Positions 14,489 to 23,157 of a stretch of 62,222 nucleotides of DNA are shown here, one piece after another. The first letter of the stretch is position 1; each line of letters starts with the position of its first letter. A program made the position numbers and the translations under genes. Origin of the DNA: an uncultured Candidatus Saccharibacteria bacterium (GTDB lineage: Bacteria > Patescibacteriota > Minisyncoccia > UBA6257 > 2-01-FULL-56-20); assembly GCA_964505005.1 (NCBI GenBank), contig CAZDFQ010000003.1, positions 1 to 62,222 of the forward strand, given 5' to 3'. The notes beneath the pieces were generated by a model that was not told the DNA's origin, ran no database searches, and worked only from the letters and a program-made list of their open reading frames with translations.

Positions 14489-16249
14489 CTATACCTCTAT
14501 AACGACCGGCAATATCATCGGCCTTCTCTTGGTTTTATTATACACGAACTGGCCGATTTGGTCCCGAATCAGGGTTTTGAGATAATCGATTTCCACTTTT
14601 TGGTAGCTCGGAATCCGAGCCACCAGGCCGCGCAGCCGCTTGCGGATTTCTTCGAGAATCTCTTTGTTTTCGCGGAGATAAATGAAACCGCGGGAAATCA
14701 CATCCGGGCTTTTGAGCAGCCGGCCGCTGGAACGATTAAGGGTCATAATGATGACCAGCATTCCTTCCTGGGCCAGGGCCCGGCGGTCCCTGAGAACAAC
14801 CTCCTCCACATCGCCAACGCCCAAGCCGTCAACCATCACATAATTGGCCGCCACTTGTTCATCGGTCACCCGAACCGAATCTCGACGGAATTCCACCACC
14901 TGGCCGTTGTCGGTTATCACGGCTTCCTCGGGTTTCAGGCCAAGGGCTTCCTGGGCCAATTTGGCGTTTCGCAAGCGCATAAAGTAGTAGCCGTGGATAG
15001 GCAGGAAAAAGCGCGGCTTGACAAGATTCATCACGGCTTTCAATTCTTCCTGGGGAGCGTGGCCGCTCGAATGGATATCGAGCATTTTGTAGTGGTAGAT
15101 GGTCGGCCCTTGTCTGGCCAGATTGTCTTTGAGGGCTTGGACGCTTCTTTCGTTGCCCGGCACCACCGAGGAAGAAAGTACAATGGTGTCGTTCGGCTTG
15201 ATTCTAATCTGGCGGTGCTCGCCGGTGGCCAGCCGCATTAAGGTGGCGTTGGGTTCGCCCTGAGCGCCAGTAACCAGAATCAATAATTTTTCGTCTTTGT
15301 ATTTGCCGATGTCTTCCAGCGAAATGAGCGTTCCTTTTTTGATTTTCATATAGCCGAGGTTCTGGGCGATTTGGATATTGGTTTTCATCGAGAAGCCGCT
15401 GACCGCGACTTTCCGCTCCAGTTTTTCGGCGATTTTTATTATTTCGCCAATGCGGTCAAGAAGCGAAGAAAAAGTAGCCACCAGAATCCGGCCCGGCGCG
15501 TCGCGGAAAATTTTTTCCAGTTCTTTCTCCACCACCCGTTCGGAAACCGAGAAGCCGGGGACTTCGGCACCGGTGGAATCGAGAAAAAGCGTGTGAATTC
15601 CCTGTTCGCCGACCCCTTTCCACAAATCCAGGTCTCGCGGATTGCCCTCGTGGTCGTAATCGAATTTGAATTCGCCGGGGTGGACGATTTTGCCGATAGG
15701 GGTATGGAGAATTATTCCGACGCCTTCGGGGATGTTGTGAACCACGCCGAAGAACTCGGCGGTAAAATGTTCCGAGAGCCGGCGTTTTTCGCCGCTTTTG
15801 ACGATTTCAAAAACTGGTTTTGGAGCGTTCGGGAAATCCTCTTGCCGGCGCATAATGATTTCTTTAGTGATTTGAGTGGTGTAAATTGGCGGATTACCCA
15901 ATTTTTCAAGAATATAAGGCAGGGCGCCGATGTGGTCGTAGTGGCCGTGAGTAATGATGAGGCCCCTGATGTTTTCTTTTTTGGATTCAAGATAGCTGAT
16001 GTTGGGAATGATGTAGTCAATGCCGGGCGTTTCTTCCTCGGGAAATTGCAGGCCGGCGTCGATAATCACGATTTCATTCTGATATTCGAAAAACATCATA
16101 TTGCGGCCGATTTCTTCCAAGCCGCCGAGCGCCACAAAGCGCACCACTTCCTTGGACGGCTCGCCGAGAGTCGTTTTGGCCCGCTGCTGTTCCCCGGGCT
16201 TGCGGCGGACGCCAGCAGGGCGTCTCATATTTCCTTGATGTCGTATCAT
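14489..16249 (-). CDS. rnj: Ribonuclease J
   Basis: ALGGLEEIGRNM, ITHGHYDHIG, HSSGHA, PIHG, RRPMILPV. Confidence 0.97.
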   Translation of the reverse strand: MIRHQGNMRRPAGVRRKPGEQQRAKTTLGEPSKEVVRFVALGGLEEIGRNMMFFEYQNEIVIIDAGLQFPEEETPGIDYIIPNISYLESKKENIRGLIITHGHYDHIGALPYILEKLGNPPIYTTQITKEIIMRRQEDFPNAPKPVFEIVKSGEKRRLSEHFTAEFFGVVHNIPEGVGIILHTPIGKIVHPGEFKFDYDHEGNPRDLDLWKGVGEQGIHTLFLDSTGAEVPGFSVSERVVEKELEKIFRDAPGRILVATFSSLLDRIGEIIKIAEKLERKVAVSGFSMKTNIQIAQNLGYMKIKKGTLISLEDIGKYKDEKLLILVTGAQGEPNATLMRLATGEHRQIRIKPNDTIVLSSSVVPGNERSVQALKDNLARQGPTIYHYKMLDIHSSGHAPQEELKAVMNLVKPRFFLPIHGYYFMRLRNAKLAQEALGLKPEEAVITDNGQVVEFRRDSVRVTDEQVAANYVMVDGLGVGDVEEVVLRDRRALAQEGMLVIIMTLNRSSGRLLKSPDVISRGFIYLRENKEILEEIRKRLRGLVARIPSYQKVEIDYLKTLIRDQIGQFVYNKTKRRPMILPVVIEV

Positions 16250-16250
16250 T

Positions 16251-16997
16251 TTATTTTTTGGTTGAGTTGGTTTGCTCTATTTTTTCTGATTTTCGTCCTA
16301 CGCCCCAGAAGTATAGGTCCAAGTTTTTCATTGGAGGATAGAGAAGGTTATCTTTATGCGTGCGAAAACTTATATCGCTTTTTTCAAATTCGTTGCTGTT
16401 TTCTTGGTAAAACCGCACTAATTCTTTAAACGAATCGTAATTGAATGTGCGATTTTTTATTTTCGGTTTTTGATGTTTGCGCAGGCCTTTTAGAAAATAG
16501 TCATCGTAAGCAGGGACGCATCCCATTGTTCCCATTAGTATTTTTGTTATCAGGGTATTTGTTGGTTGAGTTGTTTTCTTTCCTGATTTTTCTGCTTCTT
16601 CTTTTGCCAGCGGGGAGAGGTGGTTGTAAATTCCATCACTTACTTTTTCGATTTTCTTCCAAATTTCATTTTGTCTGTCATTAAGATTTTTGATGGTTTT
16701 TCTTTCAAAATTCCAAAGTTCGCGATAATCCTCGTTCATGATTTCTTCTATAACCGGCTCAAAAATAAAACATGATTTTTGCAGTAGAAAACTTGAACCG
16801 CGATACATTCCCCAGCTTGCAAGATAGAAGGCGAGGTGAAGTTGCGCTGAATACATCCATTCGTTTCCGCCTCTAGGCCGCCTAAAGAACTCGTAACATA
16901 TTTCCCACGACCTTCCGCGATTTTTTTCATCAATAGTTTCTTCATTAAAACCTCTTAAGACCCGCAAGATTTGATTATTATCTTTCGTCGTTGTCAT
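16251..16997 (-). CDS. Conserved hypothetical protein, possibly a HhH-like DNA-processing fold
   Basis: LHLAFYLASWGMYRGSSFLLQK and TLITKILMGTMGCVPAYD motifs; AT-rich; starts 9 bp after tRNA-Leu. Confidence 0.7.
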   Translation of the reverse strand: MTTTKDNNQILRVLRGFNEETIDEKNRGRSWEICYEFFRRPRGGNEWMYSAQLHLAFYLASWGMYRGSSFLLQKSCFIFEPVIEEIMNEDYRELWNFERKTIKNLNDRQNEIWKKIEKVSDGIYNHLSPLAKEEAEKSGKKTTQPTNTLITKILMGTMGCVPAYDDYFLKGLRKHQKPKIKNRTFNYDSFKELVRFYQENSNEFEKSDISFRTHKDNLLYPPMKNLDLYFWGVGRKSEKIEQTNSTKK

Positions 16998-17005
16998 CGG
17001 AAATT

Positions 17006-17092
17006 TGGTGGGCGAGAGAGGATTTGAACCTCCACAGGATTGCTCCTACACGCCCCTGAAGCGTGCGCGTCTGCCAGTTCCGCCACTCGCCC
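17006..17092 (-). tRNA. tRNA-Leu(CAG)
   Basis: GGGCGAG acceptor, anticodon stem CACGC/GCGTG with loop TT-CAG-GG, long variable arm, GGTTCAAATCC, encoded CCA. Confidence 0.96.
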
Positions 17093-17111
17093 GAGCGACT
17101 CGGGTTAACAC

Positions 17112-18164
17112 TCATTTCATCAATTTTTTCAGTTTAGCGATGATTTCGGTTTTGGCCGGGTCAAAGCGATTTAGTTTTGCCAGGAAATAAGTCGTCCAGT
17201 CCGCCAGAATCAAGGCGTTCCAAATTTTCTCCAATTTACTCGAGCCGATGAGCGCCAGTTTCAAAGTAAGCACACCTTTTTCTTTCAAAAGTTTTTCAGT
17301 TAGAGCGAAACGTTTTCTAATTCTAAAATTGGCAGCATCGTTCAGGAAAATGGCGGCAAATTTCCCGCCGGCTTTTTCAAAGCCGACAATTTCGTTATGA
17401 TTCATTTCCGGCAGAACATTATTGAACGCCGGCGTTTTGGCGGTTTCGTTGAATTTTATTTTCCAAATATAACCGAGCTGATAGTTTTTTTGGTCAGTGT
17501 AAATTAAGACAAATCGATTTTTTAATTTTCGGGCCAGTAGTCCCCCGGGCACTTCGAATTTAGTCGGCTGGAGGCCCGTAAATTCCTTAACTTTCAGGCG
17601 AAAACCGGCAGCTTCAAGAATTTTTACAAGTCCGTAAAACATTCTACCAACGGCCTGGCGAGGCGTCAAGTCGGCCGCCGGAAACAAGATTAGAGGCAGC
17701 CGATTCTGGAGCACTATTTTTTTGAGTTCACCGCCGCTGGTTATCGCGGCTAAATTAGCTTTTACCTGCCCGCCGAGGTCTCGGCGGAGGCGGGGCTTTG
17801 AGCTTTGAGCTTTTAGCAATGATTTTATTCCGGAAAGCGTTTCTTCAGTGGCGCCGGAAAAAGAAACGAAAATATGGAGCGGATTTTTGAAGGGAGAATC
17901 AGGCCTTTCGGCTCGGCTCCCGCCTCCGTCAAGGCTTCGGCAGGCAGGCAGGCCGTAATCTTTCCAAATTATAATCGGCAACTTCAAACCAATTTCTTCT
18001 TTAACTGATTTGAGAATTTCGCCGGCCAAGCCCGAACCGCCCATCCCATAAATTATTAGGCCATCGAAGCGGCGATTTTTCAGTTTTTCCAGATTATAAC
18101 CTCCCAAGCCAGAGCGGCCGAGCTGGTGGTTGAATTGAAGAATGTTTTTACGGAAAGAATCCAT
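17112..18164 (-). CDS. Bifunctional phosphoglucose/phosphomannose isomerase (SIS domain)
   Basis: GMGGSG, SFSGATEET, WKIKFNETAK, PEMNHNE; two repeat-derived insertions. Confidence 0.9.
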   Translation of the reverse strand: MDSFRKNILQFNHQLGRSGLGGYNLEKLKNRRFDGLIIYGMGGSGLAGEILKSVKEEIGLKLPIIIWKDYGLPACRSLDGGGSRAERPDSPFKNPLHIFVSFSGATEETLSGIKSLLKAQSSKPRLRRDLGGQVKANLAAITSGGELKKIVLQNRLPLILFPAADLTPRQAVGRMFYGLVKILEAAGFRLKVKEFTGLQPTKFEVPGGLLARKLKNRFVLIYTDQKNYQLGYIWKIKFNETAKTPAFNNVLPEMNHNEIVGFEKAGGKFAAIFLNDAANFRIRKRFALTEKLLKEKGVLTLKLALIGSSKLEKIWNALILADWTTYFLAKLNRFDPAKTEIIAKLKKLMK

Positions 18165-18167
18165 AAT

Positions 18168-18246
18168 GTATCGATGCGAATATACTAATCTACTAATGAT
18201 ACTAATATTCGTATAATTAGTATTATTTGCATATTGGTATCGATAC
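18168..18246. repeat. Fold-back intergenic spacer (CGAAT/ATTCG family)
   Basis: GTATCGAT…ATCGATAC ends; internal tactaat repeats mirrored by attagta. Confidence 0.7.
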
Positions 18247-18249
18247 TTT

Positions 18250-19920
18250 TTATTTTAGCACTCTGGCGGTTTTAAGATACCACTCCGCCACCTTCTGGAA
18301 ACGGTCGGCTGGTTCATTGATTAATCTTGGGCTGACTCCGCGCAGGTCTTTTCTAGTGAGATAGAGATAATCAGGAGAATAAAGGAAGATTGCCGGATAA
18401 TCTTCGACGATTATGTTTTGGAGCTCAGCAAGTTCTTTCTGGCGAACAGCGTCATCGGCATTTTTGCGGATGTCGGCAATCAGGCGGTCGGCCTGACTGT
18501 TATTGTAGATTGACAGATTAAGCCCGGGATAAAATCCTTGCGAAGAATTCCAGAAAGCAAAAAGGTCATCAGGTGGATTTAAGACATTACCGAAAAGAAT
18601 CGCCTGATAATCTCTATTTTTGATGATGTCAACTGCTATTTCTTCAGGCGAAACAATTGATAGATTCACTTTGGCTCCGATTGCCTGCCATTCTTTTTGA
18701 AGCTCTTTGGCGGTGTCCCTAATGAACGGAACCTGCGGGACAGTCAGCGTGAATTCAAGGTCAATATTACTGTTTTTGATTTTTTTCTGACGAACAGAAC
18801 TCGAAGCATTAAGAAGCCAACCGGCTTTTTTAAGAATTTCATCGGCAGACCCCGAGGAAGAGACATTGCTCGATGTTATTAATTCCAAATCCAATAGAGG
18901 GCCTCTGACTATTTTCCCTTTGCCAGTCGGGCCAGCCTGGAGAACAGCTTGCCGGTCAACAGCAGCCTCCAGGGCTTGGCGGACTTTTTTATCCTGAAGC
19001 GCCAGATTTTGATTTTGATTGAAGAAGACGGCATAATAGCTCGGTAAACTAAAAGCATATTCTTCATAAGAGCGCTCGAGGGTTGATAAATCTTTTGGCT
19101 CTAAGCCGCCAAAGCCGTCAATCTGACCGGCATTAAACGCCTTGATGGCTTCATCGACATTGGGGAAAAATTTCAAACTAAAATCATTAATCAGAGGCTT
19201 GCCAGCAAAATAATATTTATTGGTTCTCAAGCGATAGTTAGTGATAAATCCGTCGGGCCGGATCTCGTAGGAATCAAAGGCGTAGGGGCCGCTGCCAACT
19301 GGTTCTAAATTATAACGGGACAGCCGCCAGTTAGTCACCGGAGTTTCGGCGAAAATATGCTTGGGAACGATGTAAAGACTTTTTAAATTTTCCGGGAAAA
19401 AAACATAAGGATTGGCTAGCCTAATTTTTATTTCTAATTCGCTTATTCTTTGAGGCATTACTCCCTCGAAGCTTTTAAAAAGAGGCGAGCTATTATCTGA
19501 CTCTTTGATGCTTTGAAGAGTGAAAATGACATCGTCGCTGGTAAGCTTCTCGCCGTCAGACCAAAAGAGATTTTCTTTTAAGCGAATATCCCAGACAAGA
19601 CCATCCTCTTGAAGAGTGATTTTGTCAGCCAAGCTTGAGAGATTGCTAAAAAGAAGCCGCACCAGGCTTATATCTGTTTCATTGGCAGCCAAGACCGGAT
19701 TGACATAGGTTGGTTGACCGACGAAACCCTCAACATAATCGCCACCACCGGTCGGCACCGCAATAGTATCAGATTGGATGAATAGTGCGGCTGCCTCGAC
19801 TAAACTGGCGACAACTAAAAAGGCGGCAACGATAAATATAAGGCGTTCGGTTTTCGAAAACGCCCCAAAAATTTTTTTAAAGATAGCTAACACGGATGAA
19901 TGGCCTCTAGCATATAGCAT
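18250..19920 (-). CDS. Peptide/nickel ABC transporter substrate-binding protein (family 5)
   Basis: N-terminal TM helix; EGFVGQPTYVNP, DGEKLTSDDVIFT, PVGSGPY; start codon uncertain. Confidence 0.9.
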   Translation of the reverse strand: MLYARGHSSVLAIFKKIFGAFSKTERLIFIVAAFLVVASLVEAAALFIQSDTIAVPTGGGDYVEGFVGQPTYVNPVLAANETDISLVRLLFSNLSSLADKITLQEDGLVWDIRLKENLFWSDGEKLTSDDVIFTLQSIKESDNSSPLFKSFEGVMPQRISELEIKIRLANPYVFFPENLKSLYIVPKHIFAETPVTNWRLSRYNLEPVGSGPYAFDSYEIRPDGFITNYRLRTNKYYFAGKPLINDFSLKFFPNVDEAIKAFNAGQIDGFGGLEPKDLSTLERSYEEYAFSLPSYYAVFFNQNQNLALQDKKVRQALEAAVDRQAVLQAGPTGKGKIVRGPLLDLELITSSNVSSSGSADEILKKAGWLLNASSSVRQKKIKNSNIDLEFTLTVPQVPFIRDTAKELQKEWQAIGAKVNLSIVSPEEIAVDIIKNRDYQAILFGNVLNPPDDLFAFWNSSQGFYPGLNLSIYNNSQADRLIADIRKNADDAVRQKELAELQNIIVEDYPAIFLYSPDYLYLTRKDLRGVSPRLINEPADRFQKVAEWYLKTARVLK

Positions 19921-19961
19921 TTAGTTTATGGCTATAGGCCTTTTGCTGTTTGCTTATGCCT

Positions 19962-20171
19962 CTAAAACATCAACTGGGCTAGTGCCAGAACGACGAAGAT
20001 GGCGGCAAAAACAATGGTGCTGATGAAAATTATTTTCTCGGCGCCTCTTCTGGTTTGATAAAAGGCGCCGCCTTCGCCGCCGAATAAGCCGGAGAGACCA
20101 GCCGAGCGTTCTTGAAGGAGAACCAGAACGATTAGAATCAGCGAGACGATGATTTGGCTAATGGCAACCAT
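19962..20171 (-). CDS. secG: Preprotein translocase subunit SecG
   Basis: LVLLQERSAGLSGLFGG…RRGAEK; two TM helices; start moved to the ATG at 20171. Confidence 0.9.
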   Translation of the reverse strand: MVAISQIIVSLILIVLVLLQERSAGLSGLFGGEGGAFYQTRRGAEKIIFISTIVFAAIFVVLALAQLMF

Positions 20172-20300
20172 AAATTTTAATTTCCAAATCCTAATTTCTA
20201 AACAATCCGCCAGGTGACGGACAAATGACCAAAAATCAAAATCCAAAACCGTTTAGAATTTAGAGATAATGAAATTTCGTTTCCTCAATAATTAGTTCGC

Positions 20301-20376
20301 CCCGCCCGCCTGAGTTGCTCTCCCTGCCCGCCCCGCGTTGCGGAGCAAGGCAGGCGGGAGGCAAGTCGGGCGCGGT
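20301..20376. repeat. 38-bp palindromic repeat carrying a 38-bp nested insert (filled copy)
   Basis: Removing 20321-20358 gives exactly 59981-60018. Confidence 0.9.
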
Positions 20377-20381
20377 CGGCT

Positions 20382-20735
20382 TTATTCCTTGGTGGCTAAA
20401 TGGAAGATGAAATTGATGGCGCCGATAATCAATGACGAATAAATCAGCGCCGGCACGGTTTCAATAGTAAGATTCGGCGACAGGATGTCAAGAAGATAGA
20501 GGATTATGACATTGACGAGAATTAAGCCGAGGCCGAGAGTCAAGATTATTATTGGACCGAGAAAGAGTTTGATAACCGGTTTTAGGATGAAATTAAGCAG
20601 CGCGAGAACGGCACTCAGGAGCAACAAGTCGCTGATAGTGATTTTCAAATGGAAGTCGGGGATAAAATAAGCAGCGGCCAAAAGGCCGATGGCATTGGCA
20701 ATTAAAGCAACGATTATTTTGGCGATTGTCTTCAT
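20382..20735 (-). CDS. Phage-holin-family (YvlD-like) 4-TM membrane protein
   Basis: LNFILKPVIKL…PIIILTLGL pattern; four hydrophobic segments. Confidence 0.8.
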   Translation of the reverse strand: MKTIAKIIVALIANAIGLLAAAYFIPDFHLKITISDLLLLSAVLALLNFILKPVIKLFLGPIIILTLGLGLILVNVIILYLLDILSPNLTIETVPALIYSSLIIGAINFIFHLATKE

Positions 20736-20768
20736 AAAATCATTTTAGGATTTTATATTCAGCGCTAG

Positions 20769-20963
20769 GCCAGCAGGATTTCTCGGAACCGGCCGTCGTT
20801 CGCTCCAGCGGCGAACTGCGGCCTGCCCTCTCGGCGAAAAACTTTGGCTTCGCCAAAGACCAAGCTTTTTCGCCTCCGAGAGCTTCCTTAAAATCCTGCT
20901 GGCCCTCCAGCCAATCGAGGTTCTATTCATGGCTCAGCTGGCGATTTTCTTGGCGAATTGCTG
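20769..20963. mobile_element. MITE-like structured repeat, short copy
   Basis: 13-bp IR GCCAGCAGGATTT/AAATCCTGCTGGC (20769-20781/20891-20903); colinear homology with 47246-47615. Confidence 0.7.
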
Positions 20964-21022
20964 ATGAAATTTATGAATTTAAATTCAAGCACCTTAAATT
21001 TCTTTGTTCTATTTTACCATAT

Positions 21023-22312
21023 TCAAACGAAACCTAAAAAGCTTTTCCGGCGGCGTTGGCGATGGAAACTAATCGTAAAACGATGGGTCTCGAAAATGAC
21101 AGCGGGAATTATCTTCTGGAGTTCAGCTGGCGCTTGGCTGAGTTTTTTTGGATTTTTTCCAAGCCCGTAAACGAGTTTTCCCGGTTTGGCAAAGGAGATT
21201 ATTTTAGCTTTTAGCTTACCGCGCCCGCTTTCGTCTTGCGAAAGCAAGGCGGGCGGGTAGCTTTTTCCGCCCGAGGCGGATCCGCTTTTGGCGGAAGCGT
21301 TTAGAAAGGTTCTTTGAGCGGCTTTGAATTGCGTTAAACCACCATCGATAATGATTAAATCTGGATACGGCCATTCCGGATGATTCAGGCGCCGGTTTAG
21401 CGCTTCCGCGATAGCCGCCGGGTCGTCGGCTGACTTGGCGGTTCGGATAATGAATTTCCGCCAGAATTTTTTTCGCGGTTTCAAGGCCTGGCCATCGAAG
21501 TACCAAGCCGTCAGGCCAGCAGCGGTTTCTTTGCCGGACAGATGAGAAACATCATAGCCCTCAATTAGATAGCTGGGTTTCTGGGTAACTGGGGAACTGG
21601 GTTGGTCAAAATTTTCGAGGAATTCCCGGTGGGCGAGGATTTTTTCCAGCGCTGTTTTTTCCTCCAGCTTTAGATTTTTTTGGATGCTCTTTAAGGGTTT
21701 CCCAAGAAGAAAATTTCTAATCAAGCAGATGTTTTTAAGATAATTTTTTGTTTCGGTCGCGGTCGGCCGGCTGTTTTTTCGGCAGCAGAATCCCGGACAG
21801 TTGCCGATTTGAGAATTGAGACAAAGGCGGAAATGGGGTTTGGGGCAGGTGCAGTAGGGGAAAGAGCGGCGCAGCATTCTCAGAACCAGGCGCAGGGCCC
21901 GACCCTCGGTGAAGGGACCGATAAGAATGGGGTTTAGGGTATAGGGTTTAGGGTGAGGGGTTTTTGATTTATGAACAACGAAGAGGCGGGGAAATTTATC
22001 TTTTGTGATTATCGCGTAAAAGTAGCTTTTGTCGTCTCGCCAGAGAACATTATAAAGAGGATTTAGTTTTTTAATCAGCTTGGACTCTTCAAGCAGCGCC
22101 TCGATTTCCGAGCGGAGCGGAATCAATTTCAGGCTGGTCGCATTTTCCCGTAGCCGCTCGCTTTTAAAATCGTCAGCCCTTAGATACGACTGCAGCCGGC
22201 TCCTAAGATTCGATGCTTTACCAATGTAAAGCGGCTGGTGTTTTTTATAGAAAATATAGACACCCGGCGTTTTCGGCGCTTTATCGATTTTTTCTCGAAT
22301 TATCTGCTCCAC
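21023..22312 (-). CDS. uvrC: Short UvrC-like excinuclease (GIY-YIG + RNase H-like domain)
   Basis: PGVYIF…LYIGKASNLRSRLQSY, EALLEESKLIK, GYDVSHLSG, PDLIIIDGG; no C-terminal HhH recognisable. Confidence 0.8.
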   Translation of the reverse strand: MEQIIREKIDKAPKTPGVYIFYKKHQPLYIGKASNLRSRLQSYLRADDFKSERLRENATSLKLIPLRSEIEALLEESKLIKKLNPLYNVLWRDDKSYFYAIITKDKFPRLFVVHKSKTPHPKPYTLNPILIGPFTEGRALRLVLRMLRRSFPYCTCPKPHFRLCLNSQIGNCPGFCCRKNSRPTATETKNYLKNICLIRNFLLGKPLKSIQKNLKLEEKTALEKILAHREFLENFDQPSSPVTQKPSYLIEGYDVSHLSGKETAAGLTAWYFDGQALKPRKKFWRKFIIRTAKSADDPAAIAEALNRRLNHPEWPYPDLIIIDGGLTQFKAAQRTFLNASAKSGSASGGKSYPPALLSQDESGRGKLKAKIISFAKPGKLVYGLGKNPKKLSQAPAELQKIIPAVIFETHRFTISFHRQRRRKSFLGFV

Positions 22313-22377
22313 AACGATTTTTTATCGCCGAATGGCTTATTTTAAATAGTTGATGTTGCTTTTAAGGCATTACAACA

Positions 22378-22399
22378 GTGTTATGCCCAGGCATAACAC
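22378..22399. repeat. Palindrome GTGTTATGCC-CA-GGCATAACAC
   Basis: 10-bp perfect arms; copy 1 of 3 in this region. Confidence 0.9.
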
Positions 22400-22409
22400 C
22401 AGCAGAAGG

Positions 22410-22805
22410 TCAATCGGGTATATGAACCAGTCCGTACTTCGTGCGAACCGGTCGGCCGCGATATTTTCTTCCTTTTAGTAGGATAAGACTGGGGCTGTAT
22501 TTTCTCTTTTTTCGTTCCGTTTTATTCCGATCTTTGTAGCTCCGATAGTTATTTTCTTTTAAGGCCTTCTTAAGGCCGCTTATAGTTTGAAGCGAAAGCC
22601 ATAAATCCTTGCTGATGTTCCGGTAGCTTTTGCCGGAGATTATACTATCCAGCGCCACAACACGCTTCACCAAATTATGCCGTTCGTTGGGAGTAATAAC
22701 CAATTGCAACAGTTCTTTCGAGTCTAATATCTTAAGCCAACAGGCCCCCTCCCATTGTTTACGAGAGGGATAATCTTTGAGCGACGGCAAGGCGATTATT
22801 TTCAT
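22410..22805 (-). CDS. TrpR-like (YerC/YecD family) helix-turn-helix protein
   Basis: VITPNERHNLVKRVVAL…GKSYRNISKDLWLSLQTIS resembles the TrpR HTH; start moved to the ATG at 22805. Confidence 0.75.
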   Translation of the reverse strand: MKIIALPSLKDYPSRKQWEGACWLKILDSKELLQLVITPNERHNLVKRVVALDSIISGKSYRNISKDLWLSLQTISGLKKALKENNYRSYKDRNKTERKKRKYSPSLILLKGRKYRGRPVRTKYGLVHIPD

Positions 22806-22830
22806 ATTGTTAATTTTATAACACAACTGA

Positions 22831-22852
22831 CTGTTATGCCAAGGCATAACAG
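22831..22852. repeat. Palindrome CTGTTATGCC-AA-GGCATAACAG
   Basis: 10-bp perfect arms; copy 2. Confidence 0.9.
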
Positions 22853-23133
22853 GGAGACGGGAGTTTAGGGAAACGGCACCTTACACCCCCTCGAATATTC
22901 AAAGCGTATTTAAAAGATAAAGGATTTTAACGGCTGTTACGCCCGCACACAACACTCTTCTAGTAAGCAACTATTATTGAAACCCTCTATTGAAGTTCAA
23001 CTTCCATAATCCTCTCGCTTCTATAACTCTTCACTCCCACAACCTTTTCAAAATCGGCGATATTCGCATCTCCAAATAGGTTTTATCAGCAGTCGAGATA
23101 GCCGGCTATTTATAACGCGACGGAATAATCAAG

Positions 23134-23153
23134 TGTTATGCCCAGGCATAACA
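23134..23153. repeat. Palindrome TGTTATGCC-CA-GGCATAACA
   Basis: 9-bp perfect arms; copy 3. Confidence 0.9.
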
Positions 23154-23157
23154 GGGT

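Noticed and set aside
15371-16429. 352-aa plus-strand ORF (and 14558..15241)
   Set aside because: Antisense shadows of rnj
17005-17190. 61-aa ORF
   Set aside because: Antisense to tRNA-Leu
21930-21960. Plant-telomere-like TTTAGGG repeats
   Set aside because: Only two exact units within a degenerate in-frame heptamer array; one of many period-7 arrays here
22378-23153. CRISPR array
   Set aside because: Only three 20-22 bp palindromes with 281-432 bp spacing and no cas genes
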